Shown in pieces: positions 7,801-16,882 of a stretch of DNA of 64,000 nucleotides. Under the pieces are notes generated by a model. That model saw nothing but the letters and a program-made list of their open reading frames with translations. It was not told where the DNA came from and searched no databases. This stretch comes from Halorarum halobium (GTDB lineage: Archaea; Halobacteriota; Halobacteria; Halobacteriales; Haloferacaceae), in NCBI RefSeq assembly GCF_032116555.1, contig NZ_CP134949.1, positions 1,798,001 to 1,862,000 of the forward strand. Reading direction: 5' to 3'. The stretch's first letter is position 1, and each line of letters starts with the position of its first letter. The position numbers and the translations under genes were made by a program.

Positions 7801-10492
7801 CGACCGCGAACACGGTCGTCGATCCGTTCACCGACTCGTTCAACTCGACGGTGAGTTCACCGTCCGCTCCGGGCTCGACGTACTCGGAGACGCCGAGGAT
7901 TCCGTCCCTGAGGGTTCCCGCCTCGACGTCCTCGGGCGAGAACTCGTCCGAGTGGATGGCGACGAAGCCGCCGGCCGAGAGGGTCGCGTCGTCGACGACG
8001 ACCGTGTCGGCGGCGGGCTGGTCGGAGACGTTCAGTCTCGCGGTGAGGTTCGCCTGATCGATCGATATCTCCGCGTCGTCGCCGGCGGGCGCGCCGTCCT
8101 CGACGTAGGGTTCGTCAGCGTCGCCCGCGGACTCGACGTACGTGAACTCCTCGTCCCCGTCGGTGTCGAAGTGCGGGACCGCAGAGAGCGTTCGGTCCGC
8201 CGTCAGCGCGGACTCGTCGAACTCCCGTCCCGCGACGTCGAACAGTTCGACGGTGACGTTGTCGTGGGTTCCCGCCTCCAGGTACGACGAGACGCCGACG
8301 ACGTCGAGCGGATCGCTCTCGTCGAGTTCGTCGTTGCGGACCGCGACGAACCCGCCCTCCGGGAGCGTCACGGAGTCGATCGTGACCGTCGTCCCGTCGG
8401 AGTCCTGATCCTCGAAGGAGACGTCCGCCTCGAACTCGTCCTCGGGGGCGGAGGCGTTGCTGCTCGCGCTTTCGGCGTTCCGCACGATCTGACTCACGTC
8501 GGTGATCCCCTCCGATGCCGCCGACTGGGCGGCGCCGGCCGATTCGAGCCAGCCGAGATACTGCGACTGCCGGATCGTGAGCTCCCCCGACTGGCGGAGG
8601 ATGCCGCGACAGGCACCCTCGGCGGCGCCCCGGATCTGGACCGCGCTCGCGGTCACGCTCTGTGAAAGTGCACCCGAGGCCGCGCTCCGGGTCACGACCT
8701 GGATCTGCACGATCGTCACCTGCTGTATCTGGACCCCGCCGGCCGCCGCCCCGAGCGCGGCCGACTGTATCTGCTCGACCGAAACTTGCGTGTACTGGAC
8801 GAGCGCGCCGCGTGCCGCGCCGCTCGCGGCCGCCTGTATCTGCACGATCGACACCCGTTGTACCTGCGTCAGCGAGCCTTCGGCCGCGCCGCTCGCTGCG
8901 GCCTGCAGTTGCTCGACCGTGACCTCGGTTCGCTGGGACGCGCTCGTCGCGGCGCCCGATGCCGCGCCGGACGCCGCCCGCTGGACCTGTTCGACGGTGA
9001 CGCGCTGGACCTGCCGGAGCGCCCCGTCGGCCGCGCCGCTCGCGATGGACTGGGTCTGCTCGACGGTGATCCGCGTCCGTTGGGCCAGCGCACCCTCGGC
9101 CGCGCCGTGGGCCGCGTACTGGACCAGTTCCACGTCGACGGACTGGCGCTGAACAGCACGCCCGACCGCACCGTCCGCGGCACCGAACGCCGCGGCCTGT
9201 GCCTGCTTGAGTTCGACCGACTGCCGCTGGGCGAGGACGCCCGCGGAGGCGCCCCGAGCCGCGTACTGCACCTGCTCGACGGTGGCCGACTGGGCCTGCT
9301 GGAGCGCGCCGGTCGCGGCACCGCTGGCGGCCCGCTGAACCTGCCGCACGTCGGTGCGCTGGGTCGACACCGCACCGCGTGCCGCGCCGCGTGCAGCGAA
9401 CTGCAGTTGCTCGACGGAGGCGGACTGGTACTGTTCGAGCGCGCCGCCCGCAGCGCCCCTGGCGGCGCGCTGTATCTGCGTGACGCTCACCGCCTGTGCC
9501 TGCGTGAGCGCGCCGTGTGCGGCACCCCTGGCGGCCGACTGGACCTGCTCGACGTCGACCACCTGCCGCCGGGCGGCCCGCTCGCAGGCACCCCTGGCGG
9601 CACCTTCGGCGGCGATCTGGATCTGCTCGACGGTCACCCGCTGGGCCTGGAACAGCGCGCCGGAGGCTCCGCCCATCGCGGCCGACTGGATCTGTTCGAC
9701 GGTGACGCTCTGTCGCTGGCTCACCGCGCCCTTGAGCGCCCCCCGCGCCCCGCCGATGGCCGCGACCTGAACCTGCTTGAGGTCGGTTTCCTCGTGGCGG
9801 TCGAGCGCGCCGTGGGCACCGCCGTAGGCGGCGGCCTGGAGCTGCTCGACGGTCACCTGCTGGCGCTGGGAGATCGCGCCGTAGGCCGCGCCCTGTGCGG
9901 CCTCCTGGATCTGTCCGACGTCGGTGACCTGTTTCTGCGCCGCGCTTGCGGCCGCGCCGGACGCTGCACCGGCGGCCACGCTCTGCAGTTGCGCGGCCGT
10001 CACCTGCTGGCGCTGGGCCAGCGAGCCGTGTGCCGCGCCGTAGGCGGCGCTCCGGACCTGCGTGGCGGTCGCGTCCTGCTGCTGTTCGAGCGCCCCGCGC
10101 ACGCTCCCGCCGACCACGGCCTGGATCTGCGTGGTCTCGGCCGTCTGTGCCTGCAAGAACGCCCCGTGTGCGGCGCCGGTCGCGGCGCTTCGGATCCGAT
10201 CGGGGTTCGCGTCCGGATGCGCGGCGGCGGCCTCCGCGGCGGCCTCCGCGGCAGCATCGACCGCCGACTGGGAGACGTTTGCCCCGCGTTCGCGTGCCAG
10301 TTCGGCTCCGCGTTCGACGCCGGCAGTCGCCGCGTCCTGCTGTTGCACTGATGGCGCCCCGGCGCCGGTTCCCGCCCCGCCGGCCACCGCGACCGATTCG
10401 ACGGAGCCGACCGCGAGCACCGTGAGAAGCGCGACGCCGACGAGAACGGCCACGAAGCGGGGAGCCCCCGCGAAATAATCGTTGCTAGCCAT
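4835..10492 (-). CDS. 1885-aa secreted, membrane-anchored surface glycoprotein: signal peptide, ~23 Gln/Ala/Gly repeats, 3 DUF7282-like domains, 2 further related beta-rich domains, right-handed beta-helix, Thr/Pro linker, C-terminal TM + RRR
   Basis: Hydrophobic N-terminus; repeated QxQxVTVEQIQxAAxGAAxGAL; three (V/A)TL(P/S)xGGFVA(I/V)...GVSxY...D(T/A)DG(D/N) domains; GIxL/NNxxxG beta-helix rungs; many NxS/T sequons. Confidence 0.9.
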   Translation of the reverse strand: MASNDYFAGAPRFVAVLVGVALLTVLAVGSVESVAVAGGAGTGAGAPSVQQQDAATAGVERGAELARERGANVSQSAVDAAAEAAAEAAAAHPDANPDRIRSAATGAAHGAFLQAQTAETTQIQAVVGGSVRGALEQQQDATATQVRSAAYGAAHGSLAQRQQVTAAQLQSVAAGAASGAAASAAQKQVTDVGQIQEAAQGAAYGAISQRQQVTVEQLQAAAYGGAHGALDRHEETDLKQVQVAAIGGARGALKGAVSQRQSVTVEQIQSAAMGGASGALFQAQRVTVEQIQIAAEGAARGACERAARRQVVDVEQVQSAARGAAHGALTQAQAVSVTQIQRAARGAAGGALEQYQSASVEQLQFAARGAARGAVSTQRTDVRQVQRAASGAATGALQQAQSATVEQVQYAARGASAGVLAQRQSVELKQAQAAAFGAADGAVGRAVQRQSVDVELVQYAAHGAAEGALAQRTRITVEQTQSIASGAADGALRQVQRVTVEQVQRAASGAASGAATSASQRTEVTVEQLQAAASGAAEGSLTQVQRVSIVQIQAAASGAARGALVQYTQVSVEQIQSAALGAAAGGVQIQQVTIVQIQVVTRSAASGALSQSVTASAVQIRGAAEGACRGILRQSGELTIRQSQYLGWLESAGAAQSAASEGITDVSQIVRNAESASSNASAPEDEFEADVSFEDQDSDGTTVTIDSVTLPEGGFVAVRNDELDESDPLDVVGVSSYLEAGTHDNVTVELFDVAGREFDESALTADRTLSAVPHFDTDGDEEFTYVESAGDADEPYVEDGAPAGDDAEISIDQANLTARLNVSDQPAADTVVVDDATLSAGGFVAIHSDEFSPEDVEAGTLRDGILGVSEYVEPGADGELTVELNESVNGSTTVFAVAYRDTDGDGEFEYVDSGGEVDAPYLEDELPVFEQVELLGPDTNETQNVTDDGPTDATADASLEVGNQTDDGTTLTVENASATTEFAVTVDRNGTVLNESEPVAANGTFAGPLVLDPPLGGNATLTVAVVDAGNGSELATETISYTVAETTDAEPNATVSFGNQTTNGTAVTVDSVTLPDGGFVAIRDATGGDDGAGLIIGVSAYLDAGTSGNVSVELTDPLTENRSLLAVAYRDADGNGTLDVPVTNDSADGPYLDAGEPVTDEAFVTVLGTETADNETAANETDGVETPNETAAGVTELDACGVIDEPGRYVLTANVTDSEASSCVTINASDVVLDGDGHALDGVGTNGSVGVWIRQSDGEDTENVTVRDVVATDWGTGIGQPEFESGNLVGVSVVDATVSENEYGIYLTDANGATVSDSIVRENAFHGVILRDFGASAVLSDNVIRSNGESGLTLFEGGSGAQVTGNLIENNAGVGIDTNNDVNDLEITDNHISGNADDGLDLDESDGVTVRDNTVSDNAEHGIDGQDLADLTVAGNVIEGNDGDGIALVSVAGALLDNRVSNSGGADLSTATISSGDLSVSNLSLTSATVGFDEGRNVALDAVESPPEDPENATNVGEYVAVNATDDDASVALRVQYSEDALETANLTAASLRLWQYQDATGWTPLTGPNASEGSTNVVTATVTSSGIVAPLGTTARPAAEPNATLVVADQVGNGTALTVGNATATVEYVVTASEGGRVLGETDSLPANESFAGNITLDPPIEANATVDVAVVDADTGAELTAATVEYTVEAAEPLESVDATVVNGTVELENPNDVAVLVTVTDGDGELRTVTVGPGATGTVADLQPGDYTVTAETEDGTSVPVNGQSEATVTIEAVETPAGTGTTTTAPGTPTATDSPTATESPTPTDSPTPTEAPTPTESPTPAATPTEQPTPEPTESPVETATPDPTDGEPAVGTSLDGDRELPLVAGIALVAVAPLLGRRR
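8590..10210 (-). repeat. Coding tandem repeat, ~23 units of 22-27 aa (mostly 23 aa / 69 bp)
   Basis: Units such as QRQQVTVEQLQAAAYGGAHGALD, QRQSVTVEQIQSAAMGGASGALF, QVQRVSIVQIQAAASGAARGALV. Confidence 0.9.
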
Positions 10493-10712
10493 TACCTACC
10501 ACACAACTCGACCCGTCAACGGTGCCCGGAAAGAGTGTACTTGCGGGATGTCGAGCCGTGGCGGCGGAGTGCCGACGGACGGCGAGCGAATGGCTCACGG
10601 ACGGTTACGCCCAGGCGGGAAATGGTTGTGCGACTGCGGTCGACTGTCGGCACGTCGTGGTCCGGGTGGCGTTCGGAACTCGGGGCGCGTCGTCGGCCCG
10701 GCTGAGTTCGGG

Positions 10713-10822
10713 CGAACCGGGGACGACGCGAACGCGGACCGGAGACGGCGTAAGCGCCGATCGGAGACGACGTGACCCCGAATCGGAGACGGTGCGAACG
10801 CGAACCGGGGACGATAAGGCCC
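10713..10822. repeat. Intergenic tandem array, 5 x 22 bp, consensus ~CGAACCGGAGACGACGCGAACG
   Basis: Core CGG(A/G)GACG starts at 10718, 10740, 10762, 10784, 10806. Confidence 0.8.
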
Positions 10823-10844
10823 GGCGCGCGCGTCGGTACCCACG

Positions 10845-11195
10845 ATGGAACTGACCTGGCTTCTCGCGGGCGGGGGAGCCCTCCTCGTGCTGCTGGTCGC
10901 CCTGCTGTTCCGACGGCTGGGGTCCTCCGACCGGCGGGAGTCGCGGCGGGCCCACGAGGCCGCACGTGAGCGCGACCCGCCCGTCGACATCGGGGACACC
11001 TGCGAGTTCGGCGTCACCGAGTTCACCGACCACCACTCCGGGTCCCGCGTCGCGGTCGGGAAGGTGGAAGGGTTCGTGCTGTTCACGGAGGACGTTCCCG
11101 ACGGCGTGAGCGAGGGCGACGTGATCTCGGCGAAGGTGCTCTCGTTCAATCAGGGGCGGACGTCGGCTGACGCGACGTTCGTCGGGCGGCCGTAG
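10845..11195 (+). CDS. TRAM-domain protein with N-terminal TM helix
   Basis: N-terminal hydrophobic helix, then PPVDIGDT...VGKVEGFVLF...GDVISAKV. Confidence 0.8.
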   Translation: MELTWLLAGGGALLVLLVALLFRRLGSSDRRESRRAHEAARERDPPVDIGDTCEFGVTEFTDHHSGSRVAVGKVEGFVLFTEDVPDGVSEGDVISAKVLSFNQGRTSADATFVGRP

Positions 11196-11299
11196 CCTCA
11201 CGGCAGAACCAGCGGAAACGGAGTTCGTCGGGGGAAACAGTCGGACGGTCGCGGACTGCGTTCCGTTCGTGACACAGGGCCCGGTCCGCGCCGGAAGAT

Positions 11300-11866
11300 T
11301 CAGTCCGAGATGAACTTGTTGTCGCGCCAGTTCACGCCGCCGCCGTTGGCACCCTCGCCGCGGGGGCTCTCGACGACCTCGACGCTCGCGGGGCGCTCCT
11401 CGCCCTCGACGATCCGCGTCGCGCGGAGGTCGCCGTCCTTCTCGGTGATCGCCGTCAGCGTGCCCTTCTCCGAGAGCAGCGCGATGGTTCGCAGCACCTC
11501 GAACATCGGGTACTGGAGCGCGGTGTTCTGGAGCACCGTCTCGCGGTCGCCCTTGAAGCAGGCGAACTCGACGAGCTCGCTGGGAATCTCCTCTTCCTCC
11601 TCCTGCATCCAGCCGCCGCCGGTCTTGGGCGGCTCCTCCTCGTAGACGCGCGTCTCCGAGACGCTGGCCTTGAGCTGGGCGGTGGGAGTGTACTTGCTCA
11701 GGCTCTCGTCCTCGGCGACGGCCTTGATGATGAGCGTGTTGTTCCGTCGTGTGATGTCCACGTCCTCGACGCCCTCGGGCAGGTCGGGGTCGCCGTCGAA
11801 GTGGGCTTCCACGTCTTCGAGCGGCAGTTCGAGCGTCGAGTGAAGTCTGTATACGCGGCCTGTCAT
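11300..11866 (-). CDS. Conserved haloarchaeal hypothetical protein (DUF7110-like)
   Basis: MTGRVYRLHSTLELPLE start, acidic, typical codon usage, WRDNKFI end. Confidence 0.75.
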   Translation of the reverse strand: MTGRVYRLHSTLELPLEDVEAHFDGDPDLPEGVEDVDITRRNNTLIIKAVAEDESLSKYTPTAQLKASVSETRVYEEEPPKTGGGWMQEEEEEIPSELVEFACFKGDRETVLQNTALQYPMFEVLRTIALLSEKGTLTAITEKDGDLRATRIVEGEERPASVEVVESPRGEGANGGGVNWRDNKFISD

Positions 11867-12012
11867 GGATTGGTTCGAGAGGTGGGGGTGTTCGCGGTGC
11901 GGCCCGTGGTCAGGAAACTGCTCGTCGGGAGATACGTGCTCCGTGCTTATAGGGTCTGCCCTCCGTGGCTGACCGCCGGGTCAGGTCGGCGGGTCACGGG
12001 GGGCAGTTCCGG

Positions 12013-12360
12013 TTACGCCTCGCCCGCGAGCGTGGCGCCCAGTTCGTCGCGCTCCTCGAGCTCCGCGAGGACGTCGCTCCCCCCGACGAACTCGCCCTCG
12101 ACGTACGTCTGCGGGATGGTCTCCCACCCGCTGTGGGACTCAAGCGCCTCCCGGTACTCCGGCAGCGCCGGGAGGACGTCGACCGTCTCGAACTCCTCGA
12201 CGTGCCCGGAGATGAGCTCGAGCGCCCGCTTCGAGTAGCCACACTGGGGCATCAGCCGGTTGCCCTTCATGAACAGGACGACGTCGTTGCCCGCGAGCGC
12301 GTCGTCGACGCGGTCGTTCGCCTCCTCGGTCGAGAGCTCGCTTTCCGGTTGGAACGTCAT
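12013..12360 (-). CDS. Monothiol glutaredoxin (Grx4 type)
   Basis: VLFMKG..MPQCGYS, WETIPQ, FVGGSD. Confidence 0.92.
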   Translation of the reverse strand: MTFQPESELSTEEANDRVDDALAGNDVVLFMKGNRLMPQCGYSKRALELISGHVEEFETVDVLPALPEYREALESHSGWETIPQTYVEGEFVGGSDVLAELEERDELGATLAGEA

Positions 12361-12419
12361 ACCCGCAGTAGGAGGGACCGACTCAAAGACGTTGCGACGA
12401 GCGGGATGGTCGGACGCGA

Positions 12420-13070
12420 TCAGTCCCGACCGACGCCGACCACCGTGATGAGCGAGTGGACCGGCACGCCGGCCACCTCGTCGAGCCCCTGCTTGTCGAC
12501 GATGACGCCGCAAGCGACGGGGTCGCCGCCTTCCTCCTTCACCGCTTCGACGGTCTCGGTGAGCGTCGTGCCGCTGGTCACCGTGTCGTCGACGACGTAG
12601 CACTCGCGGTCCCGGATGCCGGCGAAGTTCCGCGAGAAGCCGCCGCCGCGCTCGTCGATGTCGCCCTCCTCCCACTGGTGTTTCGCCGGCGCGTAGGCGG
12701 CCAGATCCGTGTCGAGCTCCCGCGCGATGGTCGTCGCCAGCGGCGTCCCTGCCTTCTCGATGCCGACAGTGAGGTCGACGTCCTCGCCTCCCTTCTCGAG
12801 CAGGTCGGCCATCGCCCGGCCGACGTAGGTGAGCCGCTGGCTGTCGCGCCCGACCGTGCTCCAGTCGACGTGGATGTCGCTCGGCCCGCCCGCGGGCCGG
12901 CCCTCTTCCGGTTCGGTCATCCCGGTCCCGGTCGTCGTCGCGCCCGCTCGCTCGACCAGCCAGGACGCCGTCTCGCGCGAGACGTTGAGTTCGTCCGCGA
13001 TCTCCCCCTTCGAGAGCCCTCGTTCGGCCAGCGTCGCCGCGTCCTCGATCAAGTCGTCGACGTTCTTCAT
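12420..13070 (-). CDS. gfcR: Transcriptional regulator GfcR (HTH + phosphoribosyltransferase-like domain)
   Basis: EIADELNVSRETASWL HTH; VVDDTVTSGTT PRT loop; ATGA overlap with gdh. Confidence 0.85.
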   Translation of the reverse strand: MKNVDDLIEDAATLAERGLSKGEIADELNVSRETASWLVERAGATTTGTGMTEPEEGRPAGGPSDIHVDWSTVGRDSQRLTYVGRAMADLLEKGGEDVDLTVGIEKAGTPLATTIARELDTDLAAYAPAKHQWEEGDIDERGGGFSRNFAGIRDRECYVVDDTVTSGTTLTETVEAVKEEGGDPVACGVIVDKQGLDEVAGVPVHSLITVVGVGRD

Positions 13071-14128
13071 CTCGTTCCGAATTCCACGGCCGTCTTGATA
13101 GTGGTGTCGTCGTCCGCGAATGCTCGCTCGAACTCGTCGACGCCGTGGACGCCCGTGACGAGGTCGTCGACGAACCACGCCGGCAGCTCCGTGAGCGTGT
13201 CGACCGCGCGCCGGAAGTGTCTCGCGTTCGAGTTCACCGACCCCACGAGCGCCTTGTTGTGGAGGACGAGTTCCCGGTGGATGCCACCGCCGTCGACCTC
13301 GAACGTCCAGTCCTCGGGTACCCCTAGCAGCGCAGCCACGCCGTTCGGCGCGAGCGCGTGGACCGACTCGAACGCGTGTTTCGCGTAGCCGGTCGCCTCG
13401 TACACCAGATCCATCCCCTCGTACTCGTCGGCGACCGCCGGGACGGGCGTTTCGCGCGAATCGACGTACGTTCCCTCGAGCGCCTCGATGAGCTCGATCG
13501 TCGGGTCGGGGCGGTCGCGCCGGCCGAGACAGTAGAGCCGGTCGAAGTCGTCGCGGAACATCGCGAGCGTGAGCAGGCCCAGGCTCCCGTTGCCCAGCAC
13601 CATCGCGGACTCGGGCGACCACTCGAACGCCGACCGGGACGCTCGCGCGTGCTCGACTGCCTTCTCGGTGATCGAGATCGGTTCGACCAGAAAGCCCCAC
13701 TCCGCGAGCCGGTCGGGCACCGAGACGAGCGCGTCCGCGGGGCTGGTGAAGTACTCGGCCATGAAGCCGTGCGCGCCGCTGATCCCCCGCTCGTGGTACT
13801 TGCCCGCCGGTGCCATGTCCGCCTCGCCGCGCGCGAAGTACTCGTTCTCGCCGTCGGGCGGCCGTCGAACGGTCGGCGTGACCACGGCTCCCCCCTCCAG
13901 GTCGGTCCCGTTCGGATCGACGACCACGCCGACCGCTTCGTGACCCAGCACGAGGTGGTCGGCGCCGTCCGGGAAGCTGCCGTGGCCGCCGGCGAGCACC
14001 TCGTGGTCGGTCCCGTCGACGCCGACTCTGAGGGTCCGCACCAGCGCCTCGCCGGGCCCGGGGTCGGGGCGTGGCTTCCGAACGAGCTCCGGGGTCGTCT
14101 CCCCTCGCCGAACCGCGATCGCTTTCAT
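13067..14128 (-). CDS. gdh: Glucose 1-dehydrogenase (zinc-dependent MDR family)
   Basis: GVDGTD, LGHEAVG, GNGSLG, EATG, GSVNS motifs; start trimmed to MKAIAV. Confidence 0.93.
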   Translation of the reverse strand: MKAIAVRRGETTPELVRKPRPDPGPGEALVRTLRVGVDGTDHEVLAGGHGSFPDGADHLVLGHEAVGVVVDPNGTDLEGGAVVTPTVRRPPDGENEYFARGEADMAPAGKYHERGISGAHGFMAEYFTSPADALVSVPDRLAEWGFLVEPISITEKAVEHARASRSAFEWSPESAMVLGNGSLGLLTLAMFRDDFDRLYCLGRRDRPDPTIELIEALEGTYVDSRETPVPAVADEYEGMDLVYEATGYAKHAFESVHALAPNGVAALLGVPEDWTFEVDGGGIHRELVLHNKALVGSVNSNARHFRRAVDTLTELPAWFVDDLVTGVHGVDEFERAFADDDTTIKTAVEFGTR

Positions 14129-14160
14129 CAGTGACCGGGTTCGACCCCTGCCGTCAAAAG

Positions 14161-14182
14161 GTTTATTCTGTATCGAGTAAAC
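14161..14182. promoter_or_regulatory. Putative TrmB-type operator abutting the gdh TATA box
   Basis: GTTTATTC-TGTATC-GAGTAAAC; minus strand TACT-N7-GAATA, one mismatch to TACT-N7-8-GAGTA. Confidence 0.65.
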
Positions 14183-14314
14183 AGTCGTCCGTCGGCGAGC
14201 GTCGTCGGAGGCGGCCGCGGACGCTACCTCACCTAGCTCCACATCGGCGTCGCTCGCCGTCTTCTCGAGTGGACGGGAGGACCGGCCCGACTGGCCGGTG
14301 TCGATCCGAGCCGC

Positions 14315-14833
14315 TCACTCGACCCGATAGAACATCCCCTTCGAGGCCGGCCGCGTCTCCTCGAACCCGAACCGCTCGTAGAAACCGTCGACGTCGGCCA
14401 TCAGGTTCACGTACGCGCCGGGCGGGGCGTCCGCCTCGACGAACGTCATCACCGCGTCCATCAGTCTCGCCCCGAGCCCCCGCCGCTGGTGGTCCGGGTG
14501 GACGGCCATGTCGCAGACGTGGTACACCGACCCGCCGTCGCCGACGACGCGCGCCATCCCGACCACGTCGTCCTGCCGGTCCATCTCGTCTCCCCGGTCC
14601 CCTCCCTCACGCCGATCTGCATCGTCGTTCTCGCCCCTCTCCTCGCCGCCGTCTCCGTCCTCCTTCCCGGGACCCTCACTCCCGTCACGGCTGGACACGA
14701 CCCGGACCGCGAACACGCTCTTCGACAGGCCGCGCTCGACGCCGGCGCGTGGCCGATCCGACATCCCCGCCGCCGCCCGGAGCCGCTGGAAGTCGTCGAC
14801 GGAGGGTGGCCCCTCGCGGAGTTCGTACGTCAT
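14315..14833 (-). CDS. GNAT family N-acetyltransferase with acidic loop
   Basis: VGMARVVGDG, DMAVHPDHQRRGLG, FYERFGF. Confidence 0.88.
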   Translation of the reverse strand: MTYELREGPPSVDDFQRLRAAAGMSDRPRAGVERGLSKSVFAVRVVSSRDGSEGPGKEDGDGGEERGENDDADRREGGDRGDEMDRQDDVVGMARVVGDGGSVYHVCDMAVHPDHQRRGLGARLMDAVMTFVEADAPPGAYVNLMADVDGFYERFGFEETRPASKGMFYRVE

Positions 14834-14912
14834 ACCCACGGCTACGGGTTCCGTGACCTGAAGCCACCGGTCGGAAAACGGCCGCCAACGAACCCGACGT
14901 GGGGGAAGCTGT

Positions 14913-15701
<789 letters not shown>

Positions 15702-15706
15702 GGTAG

Positions 15707-16189
15707 TTAGCGTGAGACGTCCTCGTCGGTCGCGCCCACGAACCCGTCGGGCGTCTCCACGTCGACCGCGCCGTCCCGTGAATACGCCCGCCGCGACTCG
15801 CTCTCGAACGCGACGTCTCTCTCGTCACGAACTCCGGCCGCGCGTCCTAAATACCTTTCCTCACACGCCCGGATCGTCCCGGAGACGCCGCGGACGCGGA
15901 GGCCGATCGCCTCGCCGTCGACGTCGGCGACGCAGGCCAGCGCCGCGCGTGCGGCGTCCACCTCGCCGCGACGGGCGCGAACGATCGCCTCGCCGGCGCC
16001 GTCACCGAACTCGTAGGTCACCACCGTCAGGTCGGCGTCCGCGCTGCCGGGGTCGCCGAGCAGGTTCTGGGCCGCGTACCACAGCGACCGCTGGAACGCG
16101 CCCCGCGGGATCGAGGCGTCCGGCCACGTCTCGATGCCGACCGCGAGGTAGCGCCACCGAGGCCGAAGGTGTTTCGGCAGGTGTTTCAC
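15707..16189 (-). CDS. rnp2: RNase P protein component 2 (Pop5/Rpp14)
   Basis: KHLPKHLRPRWRYL, VSGTIRAC; GTG start. Confidence 0.92.
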   Translation of the reverse strand: MKHLPKHLRPRWRYLAVGIETWPDASIPRGAFQRSLWYAAQNLLGDPGSADADLTVVTYEFGDGAGEAIVRARRGEVDAARAALACVADVDGEAIGLRVRGVSGTIRACEERYLGRAAGVRDERDVAFESESRRAYSRDGAVDVETPDGFVGATDEDVSR

Positions 16190-16219
16190 GCGCCGTGCCC
16201 CCTTCGGTCCCGCGTCATC

Positions 16220-16882
16220 TCACGCGTCCTCGACGGCCACGACCCGCTCGGCCGTGATGACACCGACCTGGTCGTGGACCCTGTCGACCTTCGTCACCGC
16301 GTAGCCGACGTCCGTGAACATCTCGACGAGTGATCCGACCGTGGACGGCTCGTCCACCTCGGGGCTGTAGAACGGTTCCTCGGGGTCCGGCTCCCCGAAG
16401 AACATCACGTCACCGAGCACGATCCGTCGTGGCTCACCCGGGTCGGCCGCGCCGGCCGACGACTGCGACCCGCCGCCCAGCGTCGCCATCGCCTCGATCG
16501 CGTCCCGCTTTTCGGCCTCGCCAAGGTGGTGCAGCGCGAAGTTGGTGGTGACGACGTCGGCCGGGCCGTCGTAGTTCGGGTCGCGGAACTCGCCGTAGTC
16601 CGCCGTGAAGTCGTCCACGCCACGCTCGTCGGCTTTCCGGCGGGCCTCCTCCAGCATGCCCTCGCTGATGTCGCGGCCGACGACCTGACCGGCATCCTCG
16701 GCGAGCGCGAGCGCGATCGCCCCGGTGCCACAGCCGAGGTCCACGACCGTGTCGGTCGCGCCGGGTCGCGCCTGGTCGATGACGAGCCCCGCACAGGCCT
16801 CGTACTCGGGCGTCTTGTCGTCGTCGTACTCGGCCGCGATCTCCGAGAAGCGGTCAGCGTGCTCCTCGATCGTCTCCTTCAT
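16220..16882 (-). CDS. Class I SAM-dependent methyltransferase
   Basis: VVDLGCGTG, DISEGML, NFALHHL. Confidence 0.9.
   Translation of the reverse strand: MKETIEEHADRFSEIAAEYDDDKTPEYEACAGLVIDQARPGATDTVVDLGCGTGAIALALAEDAGQVVGRDISEGMLEEARRKADERGVDDFTADYGEFRDPNYDGPADVVTTNFALHHLGEAEKRDAIEAMATLGGGSQSSAGAADPGEPRRIVLGDVMFFGEPDPEEPFYSPEVDEPSTVGSLVEMFTDVGYAVTKVDRVHDQVGVITAERVVAVEDA

Noticed and set aside
10713..10822. 22-bp array as a CRISPR
   Set aside because: Units are contiguous and degenerate with no unique spacers; no cas genes nearby.
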